Shown in pieces: positions 33,840 to 44,586 of a stretch of 64,000 bases of DNA. The first letter of the stretch is position 1; each line of letters begins with the position of its first letter. The translations under genes were made by a program, and so were the position numbers. The DNA is from Methanoregula sp. Lineage in GTDB: Archaea > Halobacteriota > Methanomicrobia > Methanomicrobiales > Methanospirillaceae. The stretch is from positions 14,242-78,241 of the forward strand of contig PMDE01000064.1 in assembly GCA_003154335.1 (NCBI GenBank). The letters are read 5' to 3'. The notes under the pieces are model-generated. The model saw only the letters and a list, made by a program, of their open reading frames with translations. It was not told where the DNA came from and searched no databases.

Positions 33840-34212
33840 TACTCACCACTCCATTCTTTTTACAGACGCGCCAACCTGAGTATCAAGTAAAAATAAAACG
33901 ATATAATTTTCGAAGGCTACTGAAATTCTTTCTTTTTCCATAGTCCGGCACCTAACTGCGCTCCCCTTTGCAATTCATAATACCTGATTGAACCATATAT
34001 ACATATCTTTTTTTTTGCTTCGAATAAAAAGTCGTGGGCACAAACCGGAAAATTATCCCGGTGCCGGAATCCAGTATCCTATCAGTTCAGGATGTAAAAC
34101 ATAATCATGATCTTCAAAGGATCTAAGGCATGCGAAGAATTTTTTCTTATTCTGCGCGTCCCATTTTGTTATAACAAGATAAATAAATGAAATGATCCAA
34201 TAGTAAGAAAGC

Positions 34213-34286
34213 GGGGCCATAGGGTAGCCTGGCCATCCTAGGAGACTGGGGGTCTTCTGACCTGAGTTCAAATCTCAGTGGCCCCA
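34213..34286 (+). tRNA. tRNA-Pro(GGG)
   Basis: Acceptor GGGGCCA/TGGCCCC-A; anticodon arm GGAGA-CTGGGGG-TCTTC; T arm CTGAG-TTCAAAT-CTCAG. Confidence 0.95.
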
Positions 34287-34316
34287 TTTGTTGTTTTTAT
34301 TACACCATGGATTACC

Positions 34317-35171
34317 ATGAACCTCACCGATACCTGCATCGATTGCCTGTTATCCCGGGTAGTTTTTGAATGCCAGATTGCATCCGCCGATAAGGAATGT
34401 TCGGATAGGACCCTGGATGCCTGTCGGGAACTCCTGGAATCCATGAAAGGATCCACGCTCCTCCACCCGCAGATCGCAAGCGCCGTTCACCGAGAGGCCT
34501 GCCGGCAGATCGGAAACGCTGACCCATTCCTGGATCTCAAGACTGAGGGGAACGAGCAGGCGTTGGCAGTCTGCAGGCAGGTTCGGGGGGAACTGAACTC
34601 GTTTCATGATTTCGTCCTGGCAAGCATTATCGGCAATACGTTCGATTATGCAGTGAAGGACCATGATGTAACTGCTGATTTTTCCTCCTTCTTCCGTGCC
34701 GAATTTACAAAGGGACTCGATCACGATGACACGGCAGGGATCCTGGATCTCGCCGGACGGATAGTTTACCTTACCGATAACTGCGGGGAGATCGTCTTCG
34801 ACCGCCTCCTTGTCGGATTCCTGAAAGCACGCGGATCGCATGTCACTGTGGCCGTTCGTGACGCTCCCATCCTTAATGATGCTACAATGGAAGACGCTCT
34901 TTCCCTTAAGTTCGACCGGGTAGCGGACTGCCTGACCACAACCGGTGGCGGGGCGGAGATAGGCCTTGACCTTGCGAAGATTCCACCAGACCTTGCCGCG
35001 GCAATCGATACATGCACCTTAATCATCTCCAAAGGGATGGCAAACTACGAATCGCTCAGCTGTTACGATAATCTCCCGCCGGTTGCGTACCTGATGTGCG
35101 TGAAGTGCGACATGATCGCCGGGGACACTGGCTTTCCCCGGGGATCGAAAATCGCCCTGATGCGAAGATAA
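34317..35171 (+). CDS. DUF89/ARMT1-like damage-control phosphatase
   Basis: N-term CxxC, DPF...K, GN.FD, YLTDNCGEIVFD, PILNDAT, ISKGMANYESL, KC. Confidence 0.92.
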   Translation: MNLTDTCIDCLLSRVVFECQIASADKECSDRTLDACRELLESMKGSTLLHPQIASAVHREACRQIGNADPFLDLKTEGNEQALAVCRQVRGELNSFHDFVLASIIGNTFDYAVKDHDVTADFSSFFRAEFTKGLDHDDTAGILDLAGRIVYLTDNCGEIVFDRLLVGFLKARGSHVTVAVRDAPILNDATMEDALSLKFDRVADCLTTTGGGAEIGLDLAKIPPDLAAAIDTCTLIISKGMANYESLSCYDNLPPVAYLMCVKCDMIAGDTGFPRGSKIALMRR

Positions 35172-35350
35172 CAGAGCCTCTCCATATCCTGAATCGATCC
35201 GGTCTTTGGCGGAAAATTTCGAAATCCGCTTTTCTCCCGATTCTGCAGATAAAGGTCAGGGAACAATACCAATGATCCAGTTTAACCGGGTTTCCAGGAT
35301 CCGTGTCCATCACCATAGGATTTTATCCGTTCACTGACGAACACATGATC

Positions 35351-35812
35351 ATGGTTCTTCCGGATCTCGGGCTTTCTCTTGGATGGCTGCTCATCGTTAT
35401 TGGAGCTGCCCTCCTCCTCATCGAGTTACACAGCCCGGGCTTTTTTGCTACGGTTCCCGCTACGGTCATGATCTTTATCGGTATTCTGCTCCTCCTCGGG
35501 GTCAATATCTTCAACTCAGGATGGGGCGTGATCGTCGGTGTAATTATCGCCCTCTGTGCAGCCGGTTTCACCGTTTGGATGTACGGGAAGATCACACCGA
35601 ACGCAAGTCCGACTACTATCAGCCGCGATTCAGTTGTTGGTCTGGAGGGACGTGTGAAGAAGAAGGTAGATTCAGCCACTCTCTCGGGGAAAGTCCTTAT
35701 CGGTACCACGGAATGGAGCGCCTATTCAACGGGGGCTGAGATCGCTGCCGGTAAAAAAGTGAAGATTATAGATTCTGAAGGGGTTCATATCGTAGTTGAA
35801 GAGGTAGAATAA
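35351..35812 (+). CDS. Short NfeD family protein
   Basis: TM helices with E...PGF, then OB-fold G.V.I..TEWSA...I..G..V.I....G..IVV. Confidence 0.9.
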   Translation: MVLPDLGLSLGWLLIVIGAALLLIELHSPGFFATVPATVMIFIGILLLLGVNIFNSGWGVIVGVIIALCAAGFTVWMYGKITPNASPTTISRDSVVGLEGRVKKKVDSATLSGKVLIGTTEWSAYSTGAEIAAGKKVKIIDSEGVHIVVEEVE

Positions 35813-35813
35813 C

Positions 35814-36914
35814 ATGGCACTCATTGAGACACTTATCGTCATTTTTCTGATCCTGGTAATTGTCGCCATCTTTGCAAGTGGCGTCGTCATCGTCCAGCCG
35901 TACGAACAGGGCCTCCAGGTCCGGCTTGGACAATACGTTGGGAGAATGAACCCGGGATTCCGCTGGATCGTCCCGTTTGTGAGCCATTCGATCAAACTCG
36001 ACCTCAGGACCACGGTAATGGAGATCCCGTCGCAGGAGGTTATCACTAAGGATAATTCTCCGACGAACGTCGATGCAATCGTCTACATCCGCGTCATCGA
36101 CCCGGAGAAGGCCTACTTCGAAGTGGCTAATTACCGGATGGCAACGGTTGCTCTTGCCCAGACAACCCTGCGTGGCATCATCGGCGATATGGAGCTCGAT
36201 GAAGTGCTCTATAACCGGGATGTCATCAATACGAAGCTCCGGGACATACTTGACCGTGAGACAGACCAGTGGGGAGTCAAAGTCGAACGCGTGGAGATCA
36301 AGGAGGTGGACCCGATCGAAGCGGTCAAGAATGCGATGACCGAGCAGACGGCAGCCGAACGTGCCCGCCGTGCTGCTATCCTCCGTGCCGATGGGGAGAA
36401 GCGTTCCGCGATCCTGAAAGCAGAAGGTCTCCGGCAGAGTATGATCCTCGAAGCCGAAGGTGAACGTCAGAGCCGGGTTCTTAGGGCAGAGGGGGACCGA
36501 CTGTCAAGGATTCTTACCGCTCAGGGAGAAGCCCAGGGGCTGCGCATTCTCTCGGTCGGCGCAGCTCCCCTTGACAAACGTGCGATCACGGTCCTCTCGC
36601 TCGATGCACTGAAAGTAATGGCGAACGGCCAGGCAACCAAGATCATATTCCCTTACGAAATATCACAGTTGATTAAACAGGGCGCAAAATTCCTTGGTGC
36701 GTCGGATGAGACCCTTGAAGAACCGTCAAAGATTGTCCTCGATGAAAGCATACTTGGCAACATTCCCCGTCGGGAGGAGGTTGATGCCATCCTCAAGGAG
36801 ATCCAGGACGCGATCCCGAAGGTATCAGAGGATGAACTCAGGGATACGAGCAAGCGCAGGTTGCCCCTGGAAAAAGAGCACGAAGAAACGGTTACAGCTC
36901 CAACCGGAACGTAA
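35814..36914 (+). CDS. SPFH/stomatin (QmcA-like) protein
   Basis: RLGQY...PG, QEVITKDN, QTTLRGIIG, WGVKV.RVEI, AER.RRA.IL.AEG repeats. Confidence 0.95.
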   Translation: MALIETLIVIFLILVIVAIFASGVVIVQPYEQGLQVRLGQYVGRMNPGFRWIVPFVSHSIKLDLRTTVMEIPSQEVITKDNSPTNVDAIVYIRVIDPEKAYFEVANYRMATVALAQTTLRGIIGDMELDEVLYNRDVINTKLRDILDRETDQWGVKVERVEIKEVDPIEAVKNAMTEQTAAERARRAAILRADGEKRSAILKAEGLRQSMILEAEGERQSRVLRAEGDRLSRILTAQGEAQGLRILSVGAAPLDKRAITVLSLDALKVMANGQATKIIFPYEISQLIKQGAKFLGASDETLEEPSKIVLDESILGNIPRREEVDAILKEIQDAIPKVSEDELRDTSKRRLPLEKEHEETVTAPTGT

Positions 36915-37159
36915 TCCTGTTCCCGGATCGTCCATCTTCTTTTTTTTATTTCCAGTGCAATTGCCAAGGCGGAGTCATATCCAGGGGATACATTACTAGA
37001 TTATCCGCCAGGCCAAACAAAACTACCTTCCGGAAGATTTTCTATCGCGATGCATCCACCACTCACTAGGATGGAGAGGGAGAGGCAATGAGCGTTGTGG
37101 ATATCTCCCATTCCTTCAGGATGGTTTTTACATGATAGGCAACAACATCGAGATCACCC

Positions 37160-38122
37160 ATGTATCATCCGAACTTCAAGGACACGATCGCGGCATCCCC
37201 CTATATATTCACCATCGGTGTCGCAGGGGACAGCGGTTCGGGAAAAACTACCTTTACTGAAGGCATCCGTACCATTTTCGGGCGCGATCTTGTCTCCACA
37301 ATCACGCTTGATGACTACCACCGTCTCAACCGTGAGGGGAGGAAACGGGAGAGCCTGACAGCGCTCAACCCGGAGGCCAACCGGATTGACCAGATTGAGC
37401 AGGACCTCATCACGCTCCGGCGCGGAGTGCCCATCGAAAAACCGGTATACAACCATGCTACCGGGCGATTTGATCCACCGGTGATTTTCCACCCTTCAAA
37501 GATCCTGATCCTCGAAGGACTGCATACGCTCTCCACTCCCACATTGCGGAAGTACCTGGATTTTACCCTCTTTGTTGACCCGGCCCGCGAGGTGAAGTAT
37601 GACTGGAAGATCCGCCGGGACATGGCTGGCCGCGGATATTCACGGGAGACCGTACTGAATGAAATTGAAGAGCGGGAGCCGGATTACGACAAGTATATCG
37701 CCCCGCAACGCGAGTATGCGGATGCCGTCATCGGAATCGAGTATTCAGAGTATGGGAGAGACCTTGGGGGGGAACGCAACGTGTACCGCATTGGGCTCTC
37801 CCAGCACTGCATGAAGCATGCGGTGGAAAATATTGATCTCTCGCTCGACCTGTACTCAATCCTCTCGCTATCCGAATGCAATTTTTCGCTGAAGTTTCAT
37901 ACCAGCAGATCTGCCGGTCAGCGGCTGGGGGAACTTATTATAGACGGGGAACTGAGTGCACACGTAGTCAAAAAGCTGGAACAGAGCATCGAAGAACAGA
38001 CGCGGGTGCATCCCATCGCGCTCTTCAGGGACCGTCACTATGTTACCGCCGGAGACCTTGTACAGCTTATCCTCTGCTGGAGGATCATTCACCAGCGGAT
38101 TTTCGTAGAACGGAAAGGCTAG
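37160..38122 (+). CDS. prk: Phosphoribulokinase (methanogen RHP-pathway type)
   Basis: IGVAGDSGSGKTT, LDDYH..R..RK, TALNP.AN, KPVYNH.TG.FDPP, EGLH, WKI.RD...RG, typical of plant/cyanobacterial-type PRK. Confidence 0.88.
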   Translation: MYHPNFKDTIAASPYIFTIGVAGDSGSGKTTFTEGIRTIFGRDLVSTITLDDYHRLNREGRKRESLTALNPEANRIDQIEQDLITLRRGVPIEKPVYNHATGRFDPPVIFHPSKILILEGLHTLSTPTLRKYLDFTLFVDPAREVKYDWKIRRDMAGRGYSRETVLNEIEEREPDYDKYIAPQREYADAVIGIEYSEYGRDLGGERNVYRIGLSQHCMKHAVENIDLSLDLYSILSLSECNFSLKFHTSRSAGQRLGELIIDGELSAHVVKKLEQSIEEQTRVHPIALFRDRHYVTAGDLVQLILCWRIIHQRIFVERKG

Positions 38123-38192
38123 GTCGCAGATTGGCCCCCGGGAGAAATATCATAACCTTATTGGAATAAAAGAGATCATAACGAGCTGATCT

Positions 38193-38368
38193 ATGACCAT
38201 TGTGCTACCAAGCCCAGAACAATCAGGGTCCTGACCAGCGGGGGAGACTGCCCCGGCCTCGATACCGCCATCCGTTCTTTCTTGCTAGCCGGGACTACAA
38301 AATGTATGCCATATCAGGGATCTGGAATCAGAACAGTCCCGTTAAGGGAGATCGCTCGTAAAGGTAAA
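38193..38368 (+). pseudogene. Internally deleted 6-phosphofructokinase (PfkA family) remnant
   Basis: Frame from 38222 reads IRVLTSGGDCPGLDTAIR (PfkA N-terminal motif), then G..CMPYQG..IRTVPLREIA (like the PfkA C-terminus). No in-frame ATG; ATG 38193 is out of frame. Confidence 0.75.
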
Positions 38369-38507
38369 AACCCCCGATACCTCCTTCCATCAGCTCGCCC
38401 GGACAATAGAAGGACACTGAAGCACGAAATATTCCTGATTACATTCAAGCCGGAGAACCGGGAGGTGATTCAATTGAACGCCTCACCTCAAAATAGTATA
38501 GTAGGAG

Positions 38508-39815
38508 TTATTTCAGCTGATTCAGAATGAGAGGCAGAAGCGTCACAGCTAGGAGCACTCCCAGCATTACGTAACTTATAGCACTGACAATATAGCCTGA
38601 ATACCTGATCAGCCCCCGGCGGTCGAGAAGCCTGTCAACGCCTTCCTTCAAGATATAGCCGCCGTCAAGCGGGACAAGGGGGAGGGCATTGAAGGTCCCG
38701 ACCACAAGATTGAACCACCCGCACCAAAAGAGGAGTTGGATGACCAGCCAGAACTGGGGGAATGGCACCTGCCACATCATCGTGTCGACAGTATCGATTG
38801 TCAGGATACTGAAATGTCCCCATAATGCCGGTTCCATGATGCTGTAAATCGGGATCCCGAGGAGAATGAGGATGCCGATCGGCTGGAAAAAGATACTGAA
38901 CTGCTCCTTCACCGAAGGAGCATCGTAATAGGTCACGCCCATGAAACCGCTGCTCCGGGCTCCAAGTCCCTCGGGCCAGTAAGTAAGCACCAGGGTTTTG
39001 AGGGATGAACTTCCCTTGTTCTCAGTCAGCAGGGTGATTGAATCCCCTGGTTTTGTGGTATTGAGAATCCGTGCAACGTCCTCCCTGCTCCCGACACTGA
39101 TGCCATTGACCTCTTTAATCAGGGTGTTAGGAGTGATACCCACAGCATCTGCGGGGGAATTGAGATAGACTCCATGAATCAAAGGCGTTGAAATAGGGAT
39201 GGCAAACGTAAGGAGGATTGCCATGAGTAAAAAACAGGCCAGGCCGATGAGGATATTATTAGTGATTCCTGCCCCGAACATCCGCATCTTCGGGAGGCCT
39301 TTTGTCTTTTCCTGGTCTTCCTCATCTGGCTCCACGAATGCTCCTATCGGAATGACTGCGAGAAGAACACCCATTGCCTTTACCCGGATACCTTCGACAC
39401 GGCACAAGACGGCATGCCCGAACTCATGGATGATCATCGTCATAAGAAGCCCGAACCAGACGGCGAAGGTGAATGGTATAAAATCATTGACGCCGGGGAT
39501 GGCCAGGACATTCTTTGGATCGTTTGCCATTGTCAGCGGTGGGTGCTGAACGATGATAAATTGCATAGCGAAAAAGAGCATATAGGTCATTGCCACCGAT
39601 ACGATGACGACCATAACCACCCCAAGGGTTCCATAAAGACGGAGAAATTTACTAAACGGCGTGAATTTGTCAAAAATGCTGACATTTTCGGTCTTTACTG
39701 CCATGAGCGGACCATAGAAGGTGATATACTCCGGCCAGATTTTTTTGTTATGGATATAGAACGCTATGAGAGTGTATACCACTACAGTTATGACGATCAG
39801 AAAGATCCAATTCAT
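38508..39815 (-). CDS. Site-2 protease (M50) with PDZ domain
   Basis: HEFGH, GAFVEP, AG...N, PDZ SPAD..GI, FNALP..PLDGG. Confidence 0.94.
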   Translation of the reverse strand: MNWIFLIVITVVVYTLIAFYIHNKKIWPEYITFYGPLMAVKTENVSIFDKFTPFSKFLRLYGTLGVVMVVIVSVAMTYMLFFAMQFIIVQHPPLTMANDPKNVLAIPGVNDFIPFTFAVWFGLLMTMIIHEFGHAVLCRVEGIRVKAMGVLLAVIPIGAFVEPDEEDQEKTKGLPKMRMFGAGITNNILIGLACFLLMAILLTFAIPISTPLIHGVYLNSPADAVGITPNTLIKEVNGISVGSREDVARILNTTKPGDSITLLTENKGSSSLKTLVLTYWPEGLGARSSGFMGVTYYDAPSVKEQFSIFFQPIGILILLGIPIYSIMEPALWGHFSILTIDTVDTMMWQVPFPQFWLVIQLLFWCGWFNLVVGTFNALPLVPLDGGYILKEGVDRLLDRRGLIRYSGYIVSAISYVMLGVLLAVTLLPLILNQLK

Positions 39816-39897
39816 CAACATTTATGGCATTGGAGGAATGATAAACCCATGTCCCGCTGCACAAAGAGGGCATCGGTATTTTTCCCGGAAGCATGGC

Positions 39898-40536
39898 TTA
39901 AAAATCTGCCAGCCGGGTCTGGCTTTTATTGGCCAGGATTACACTCACAGTCTTCCAGCTCTTCCGGGCGATCGGTGGTGGAGTCGAATGCTCATCGATA
40001 TAACCCGTCAGCCAAGTGATAGTTACCGGATCGGAAGGATACCCGCTGCCAATCTTCCCATAATTTTTTGTAAGTCTTTTTATGGAGCGATCACGGGTCA
40101 CTTTTGCAACGATGCTTGCCGCTGACACCACTGGATAATTTTCATCGGCATGATGCTCAGAGAGTATCTCGCAGGGTTTAAAAAGATGATTTTTTACCAT
40201 CTCAGCGTAACGGAAGGCATTGACATCGCACGCATCTACAATTGCACGGGAGGGTGACAGTTTACCGATGGCTTGAGCATGGGCCCGGGCGACGCAGGCA
40301 TTCATAGTCATTTCCCGCCGGATGATATCGATCTCCGCTGCTTCAATAGAGACCGTTGCCACATGGCAGGATTTGCGGATCAGGATATACAACCTCTCGC
40401 GCTCCTGGGGCGAGAGGAGTTTTGAATCCTTAACTCCGAGATCGGCAACAATGCTTTCCGCTGTCACGCCCACGGCAGCGATCACCAGGGGGCCAAGTAC
40501 CGATCCCTTTCCCGCTTCGTCAACCCCGCAAATCAC
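39898..40536 (-). CDS. rnhB: Ribonuclease HII
   Basis: GVDEAGKG...GP, DSK.L, VDA, AASIVAKV.RD, GSGYPSD, RKSW; likely GTG start. Confidence 0.95.
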   Translation of the reverse strand: MICGVDEAGKGSVLGPLVIAAVGVTAESIVADLGVKDSKLLSPQERERLYILIRKSCHVATVSIEAAEIDIIRREMTMNACVARAHAQAIGKLSPSRAIVDACDVNAFRYAEMVKNHLFKPCEILSEHHADENYPVVSAASIVAKVTRDRSIKRLTKNYGKIGSGYPSDPVTITWLTGYIDEHSTPPPIARKSWKTVSVILANKSQTRLADF

Positions 40537-40590
40537 ACCAAGAGGTTGATGCACAAATTATTTCAATGCCATTGATGGTAACCGGTACTC

Positions 40591-41259
40591 ATGTATATTA
40601 TCATAGTTGGGCTCGGAGGCATTGGGAAAAACCTGGCAAAACAGGCGGTCGAACACGCAAACAATGTTGTGGTCATCGACCAGGAAGAAGCCCGTTGCAG
40701 TGAAGTCCTTGAGCACTATGATGTCCTGGCAGTTACGGGAAACGCAACCGATAAATCGACACTTGAGGAAGCAGGAATTGATCGTGCAGATGCTCTTATC
40801 GCTACCACAAGTGATGACTCAGTTAACCTTATGACCTGCTGGCTTGCAAAAAAATTCAGGGTTCCCAATGTCGTTTCGATCGTCAACCAGTACTCGCACT
40901 CGGATTTTTTCAAGGAAGTAGGCGTTCGGATCAGTGAAAACCCTGACGAACTCGTTGCTTCCCGCCTCTACTACTGGACCCAGAACCCTCAACTCAAGCA
41001 GCTTGCCTCGATACCCGGGGGGACCATTTTTGAGATCATTGCCGAACAGGGGGCACCCATTGTAGGTCACGAAATTCGCGAGCTCAAAGTAAAAGATTTT
41101 GTGTTCATTGCAATACGAAGATCCGGGGGAGAATTGATCATACCAAGCGGTAATGTCAAAATCCAGCCTGATGATATTTTTACCGTGTTTACGAAAAAAG
41201 AAGCAGAAGACGATTGTCTCCGTCTCCTCAACAAGCAACTGAAAAAATCATCTGATTGA
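40591..41259 (+). CDS. trkA: TrkA-family potassium uptake regulatory protein
   Basis: GLGGIG Rossmann motif, GNAT..LEEAGI..AD, D..NL, TrkA-C IIPSG..I..DD. Confidence 0.9.
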   Translation: MYIIIVGLGGIGKNLAKQAVEHANNVVVIDQEEARCSEVLEHYDVLAVTGNATDKSTLEEAGIDRADALIATTSDDSVNLMTCWLAKKFRVPNVVSIVNQYSHSDFFKEVGVRISENPDELVASRLYYWTQNPQLKQLASIPGGTIFEIIAEQGAPIVGHEIRELKVKDFVFIAIRRSGGELIIPSGNVKIQPDDIFTVFTKKEAEDDCLRLLNKQLKKSSD

Positions 41260-42444
41260 CGCAGCAAGTGCCCCAAGCTCGATCATCAGTTTTGGATTAA
41301 TACAAATAATTTCTTTGATTAATGACATTGTCGTGAACTCCTTGAGATTAATTTTCGAAACAGAGTGAATAATCTCGTTAAGTTTAGTATCGGGTAAACG
41401 GATAAGATATTCCTTGATATGGTAATTGCGTTCGATGGCTTTTCCCATCTTTGATGCTCTCCACGTCCGGTCATAAACCATAAGAGCTTTTTTCGATACT
41501 TCACCACTTCCGATAGATTCCACCGCAACCTCAGCAGCAAGCCTTCCGGTATACATGCTGTTGTAGATACCTCCGCCCGTCAGGGGATCAACAACACGGG
41601 CTGCATCGCCGGTAATAATCAGACCATCCCCTACAGTGCAGTCAAGAGGACGACATACAGATACACCGCCCGCAATATGTTCGATCAGTTTTCCCTGAGG
41701 GAACGTCTTTTTAACAAACCTGTCCAGGTAATCCTTTGCACGGTGCCCTTCACCACTCTTCTTACCGGAAATACCTATTCCCACATTTGCAGAACGTTCA
41801 CCTTTGGGAAATATCCACAGATATCCTTCGGGTGCAACGTCATTCCCGAGGAAAAACACGGTCGAATGGGGATCGATATCGATGTCAGTCAGTACATATT
41901 GGACAGAACTCATGATCTCCCGGACGGGTACGGTGGTATCAATACCACACCATCGTGAGAACTTTGATTCCACACCGTCGGCAGCAATGACTACATCCGC
42001 AGTAACATTCATCACATTTCCACAGCTTTCAACCTTTGCCCCAATAACGTATCCATTTTCGATAATTGGTGATGAGGCACGAGTCTTTACGGCGACATCC
42101 GCACCGGCTTCTGCTGCTCTCCAGACCAGTTCCCGATCGAAGATTTTTCTGTCAAGAATATATCCTACCTTGTTCCCCGCGAGGTTGGATTCAAGTTTCA
42201 TTAAAAAGCCATCCGGTGCAACGATTCCTGCTCCAGTCATTTCAGCTGAAATCCAGCGAGGATTTGGGTCGATGAATTCCTGAAGAGCTTCTTTCCCGAT
42301 ACCTTCCGCGCAGCGTACCGGGGCACCGATTGCGGGACGCTTCTCAACAATACATGCAGAAAGTCCCTTATCAACTGCAGTCTTTGCTGCCAATGCACCC
42401 GCTGGTCCTCCCCCTATAACCAGGACGTCATATTTATTTTTCAT
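41248..42444 (-). CDS. Digeranylgeranylglycerophospholipid (geranylgeranyl) reductase
   Basis: [43 protein letters not shown]; start at MKNKYDV. Confidence 0.93.
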   Translation of the reverse strand: MKNKYDVLVIGGGPAGALAAKTAVDKGLSACIVEKRPAIGAPVRCAEGIGKEALQEFIDPNPRWISAEMTGAGIVAPDGFLMKLESNLAGNKVGYILDRKIFDRELVWRAAEAGADVAVKTRASSPIIENGYVIGAKVESCGNVMNVTADVVIAADGVESKFSRWCGIDTTVPVREIMSSVQYVLTDIDIDPHSTVFFLGNDVAPEGYLWIFPKGERSANVGIGISGKKSGEGHRAKDYLDRFVKKTFPQGKLIEHIAGGVSVCRPLDCTVGDGLIITGDAARVVDPLTGGGIYNSMYTGRLAAEVAVESIGSGEVSKKALMVYDRTWRASKMGKAIERNYHIKEYLIRLPDTKLNEIIHSVSKINLKEFTTMSLIKEIICINPKLMIELGALAASIR

Positions 42445-42610
42445 TGACCACCTCCAGAGCTCCGAGTGGGCAAACTTTTGCACAGATTCCACAACTCGTG
42501 CAACTCTTTTCGATACAGAGGTATGCATCTATCAGTTCAAGGGCACCTTCCGGGCAGACTGATACACAACATCCGCAGTATCCACAGATATCCCGATGTA
42601 CTTTGAGCAT
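42434..42610 (-). CDS. 2x[4Fe-4S] ferredoxin (58 aa, missed by ORF track)
   Basis: [58 protein letters not shown] has two CxxCxxCxxxCP motifs; overlaps the reductase start. Confidence 0.93.
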   Translation of the reverse strand: MLKVHRDICGYCGCCVSVCPEGALELIDAYLCIEKSCTSCGICAKVCPLGALEVVNEK

Positions 42611-42940
42611 TGACTAAACATATTGGTGTCTTGTTTCATTAATATTTACGGAAACCTTTGAGTGGCCGCTTATGATCCTGATGTTGAACGGTTCGTAAAT
42701 TTTTTTCAAGGCATAACGTTTTCAAGACGTAACGTCTTTATGTCTCATTCACTACAAATGTAAAGGAAAATTCTTATAATAAAGGAAGGAATGATAATTC
42801 TCCCTGAAGCCATTCGTAAATTGATTTTTTTGTATAATTGTCCACTTAGGAAGACTTGATTTTACTTCTGAAAATAGAATTTTTTTTGCTTTTTATTTTT
42901 TTCGAAGAACCGTTGAAACCTGGCCCTAAAAATAGATAAA

Positions 42941-42971
42941 TTTAAATAAAGATACATAGAAATATACTTCC
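42941..42971 (+). promoter_or_regulatory. glnA promoter TATA box with NrpR-like operator
   Basis: TTTAAATA 42941-42948; AGAA-N6-TTCC 42958-42971 is one mismatch from GGAA-N6-TTCC and lies at the expected start site. Confidence 0.5.
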
Positions 42972-43058
42972 TAGTGCAGAGCGGCGTATCTGAATGCCGG
43001 TTTTTGTTGCACAGGCATTGCGCACTGTTTCAGTGCATCTATGTTGGATGGTGTTAGA

Positions 43059-44534
43059 ATGGCACAAGCGAATAACCCAAAAAAAAAGACAGAAATGACA
43101 AAAGAGCAGATCAGCGGGGTTCATTCTTTAATTAAAAAGAAAAATATCAAGATAATTGACTTAAAATTCAATGATTTGCCGGGCCTCTGGCAGCATTTCT
43201 CTATTCCCGCATCGGAGCTGGACGGGTCTACCGATCCCAAGTCCGGTATCTGGTCGGAAGGGATCGGGTTTGACGGCTCCTCCATACGAGGATTCCAGAA
43301 GATCCAGGAGTCTGACATGCTCCTGTACCTGGACACTTCCACCGCAGTCGTCGACCCGGTATGCGAAATACCCACTCTTTCAATTATCTGCGATGTTTTC
43401 GATCCCCTCACCAAACATGCATACACCCGTGATCCCCGGTTTATTGCCCAAAAAGCCGAAGATTACCTCAAATCCACCGGAATTGCTGATGAGAGTTTCT
43501 GGGGACCGGAGTACGAGTTCTTCCTGTTCGATGACGTAAGGTATTCGCAAAGTGTCAATCAGGCTTCCTATTCTGTAGATTCGATCGAGGGCAGCTGGAA
43601 TTCTGGTCGTGACGAGAAACCAAACCTTGGGTACAAACCAAGATACAAAGAAGGATATTTTCCGGTTCCCCCTCACGACTCGCTCCAGGATGTCCGAAGC
43701 CAGATGATCCTAAAAATGATGGAAACGGGGATCCCTGTCGAGGTTCATCACCATGAAGTCGCTACCGCCGGGCAAAACGAGATCGATATGAGGTACGGCT
43801 CCCTTGTAAAGATGGCAGATCACTGCATGATGTACAAATATATCGTAAAGAACATGGCCCGTGAGTTCGGGATGGTTGCAACCTTCATGCCCAAGCCACT
43901 CTTCGGAGATAATGGGTCTGGTATGCACACCCACCAGTCACTCTGGAAAGATGGCAAGAACCTATTCTTTGACGCACAGGGGTATGGTTTGATTAGCCAG
44001 ACAGCGAAGTATTATATTGGCGGTCTCTTAAAACACGCCAATGCGCTTATGGCGTTCTGCGCACCATCTACAAACTCCTACAAGCGACTTGTACCGGGAT
44101 ACGAAGCCCCGGTTAATCTGGTGTACTCCCTTCGGAACCGCTCTGCAGCCGTCAGAATTCCGATGTACTCAGAAAACCCCAATTCGAAACGTATTGAGTT
44201 CCGGCCTCCGGACCCAATGTGCAACCCATATCTCTCGTTCTCGGCACTGCTTATGGCAGGGATAGATGGAATTAAAAAGAAAATTGATCCCGGCCAACCT
44301 TTCGAAGGAAATACTTACGAACTTGAAGGAAAATCCGCAAAGAAGATCCCGACCGTTCCCGGCTCACTTGAACAGGCTATCGATGCACTCGAAGCGGATC
44401 ATAAATTCCTGCTTGAGGGCAGCGTTTTCACACCGGATGTTATAGATGTCTGGATTGAATACAAACGGTCTGAGATGGAAGGTGTCAGGCTTCGTCCCCA
44501 TCCGTGGGAGTTCCACCTGTACTTCGATATGTAA
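43059..44534 (+). CDS. glnA: Glutamine synthetase type I
   Basis: [56 protein letters not shown]. Confidence 0.98.
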   Translation: MAQANNPKKKTEMTKEQISGVHSLIKKKNIKIIDLKFNDLPGLWQHFSIPASELDGSTDPKSGIWSEGIGFDGSSIRGFQKIQESDMLLYLDTSTAVVDPVCEIPTLSIICDVFDPLTKHAYTRDPRFIAQKAEDYLKSTGIADESFWGPEYEFFLFDDVRYSQSVNQASYSVDSIEGSWNSGRDEKPNLGYKPRYKEGYFPVPPHDSLQDVRSQMILKMMETGIPVEVHHHEVATAGQNEIDMRYGSLVKMADHCMMYKYIVKNMAREFGMVATFMPKPLFGDNGSGMHTHQSLWKDGKNLFFDAQGYGLISQTAKYYIGGLLKHANALMAFCAPSTNSYKRLVPGYEAPVNLVYSLRNRSAAVRIPMYSENPNSKRIEFRPPDPMCNPYLSFSALLMAGIDGIKKKIDPGQPFEGNTYELEGKSAKKIPTVPGSLEQAIDALEADHKFLLEGSVFTPDVIDVWIEYKRSEMEGVRLRPHPWEFHLYFDM

Positions 44535-44586
44535 AAAAATCTCATTTTTTTTTAAAGACCAGGAGCGATTTCCGCACCCGGATATT

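Noticed and set aside
37160-38122. Uridine kinase as an alternative call
   Set aside because: The LDDYH..R..RK, KPVYNH.TG and WKI.RD motifs and the C-terminal extension fit PRK better.
34213-39815. Integrated mobile element at tRNA-Pro
   Set aside because: No integrase and no duplicated tRNA 3' end seen; the cargo is typical chromosomal genes.
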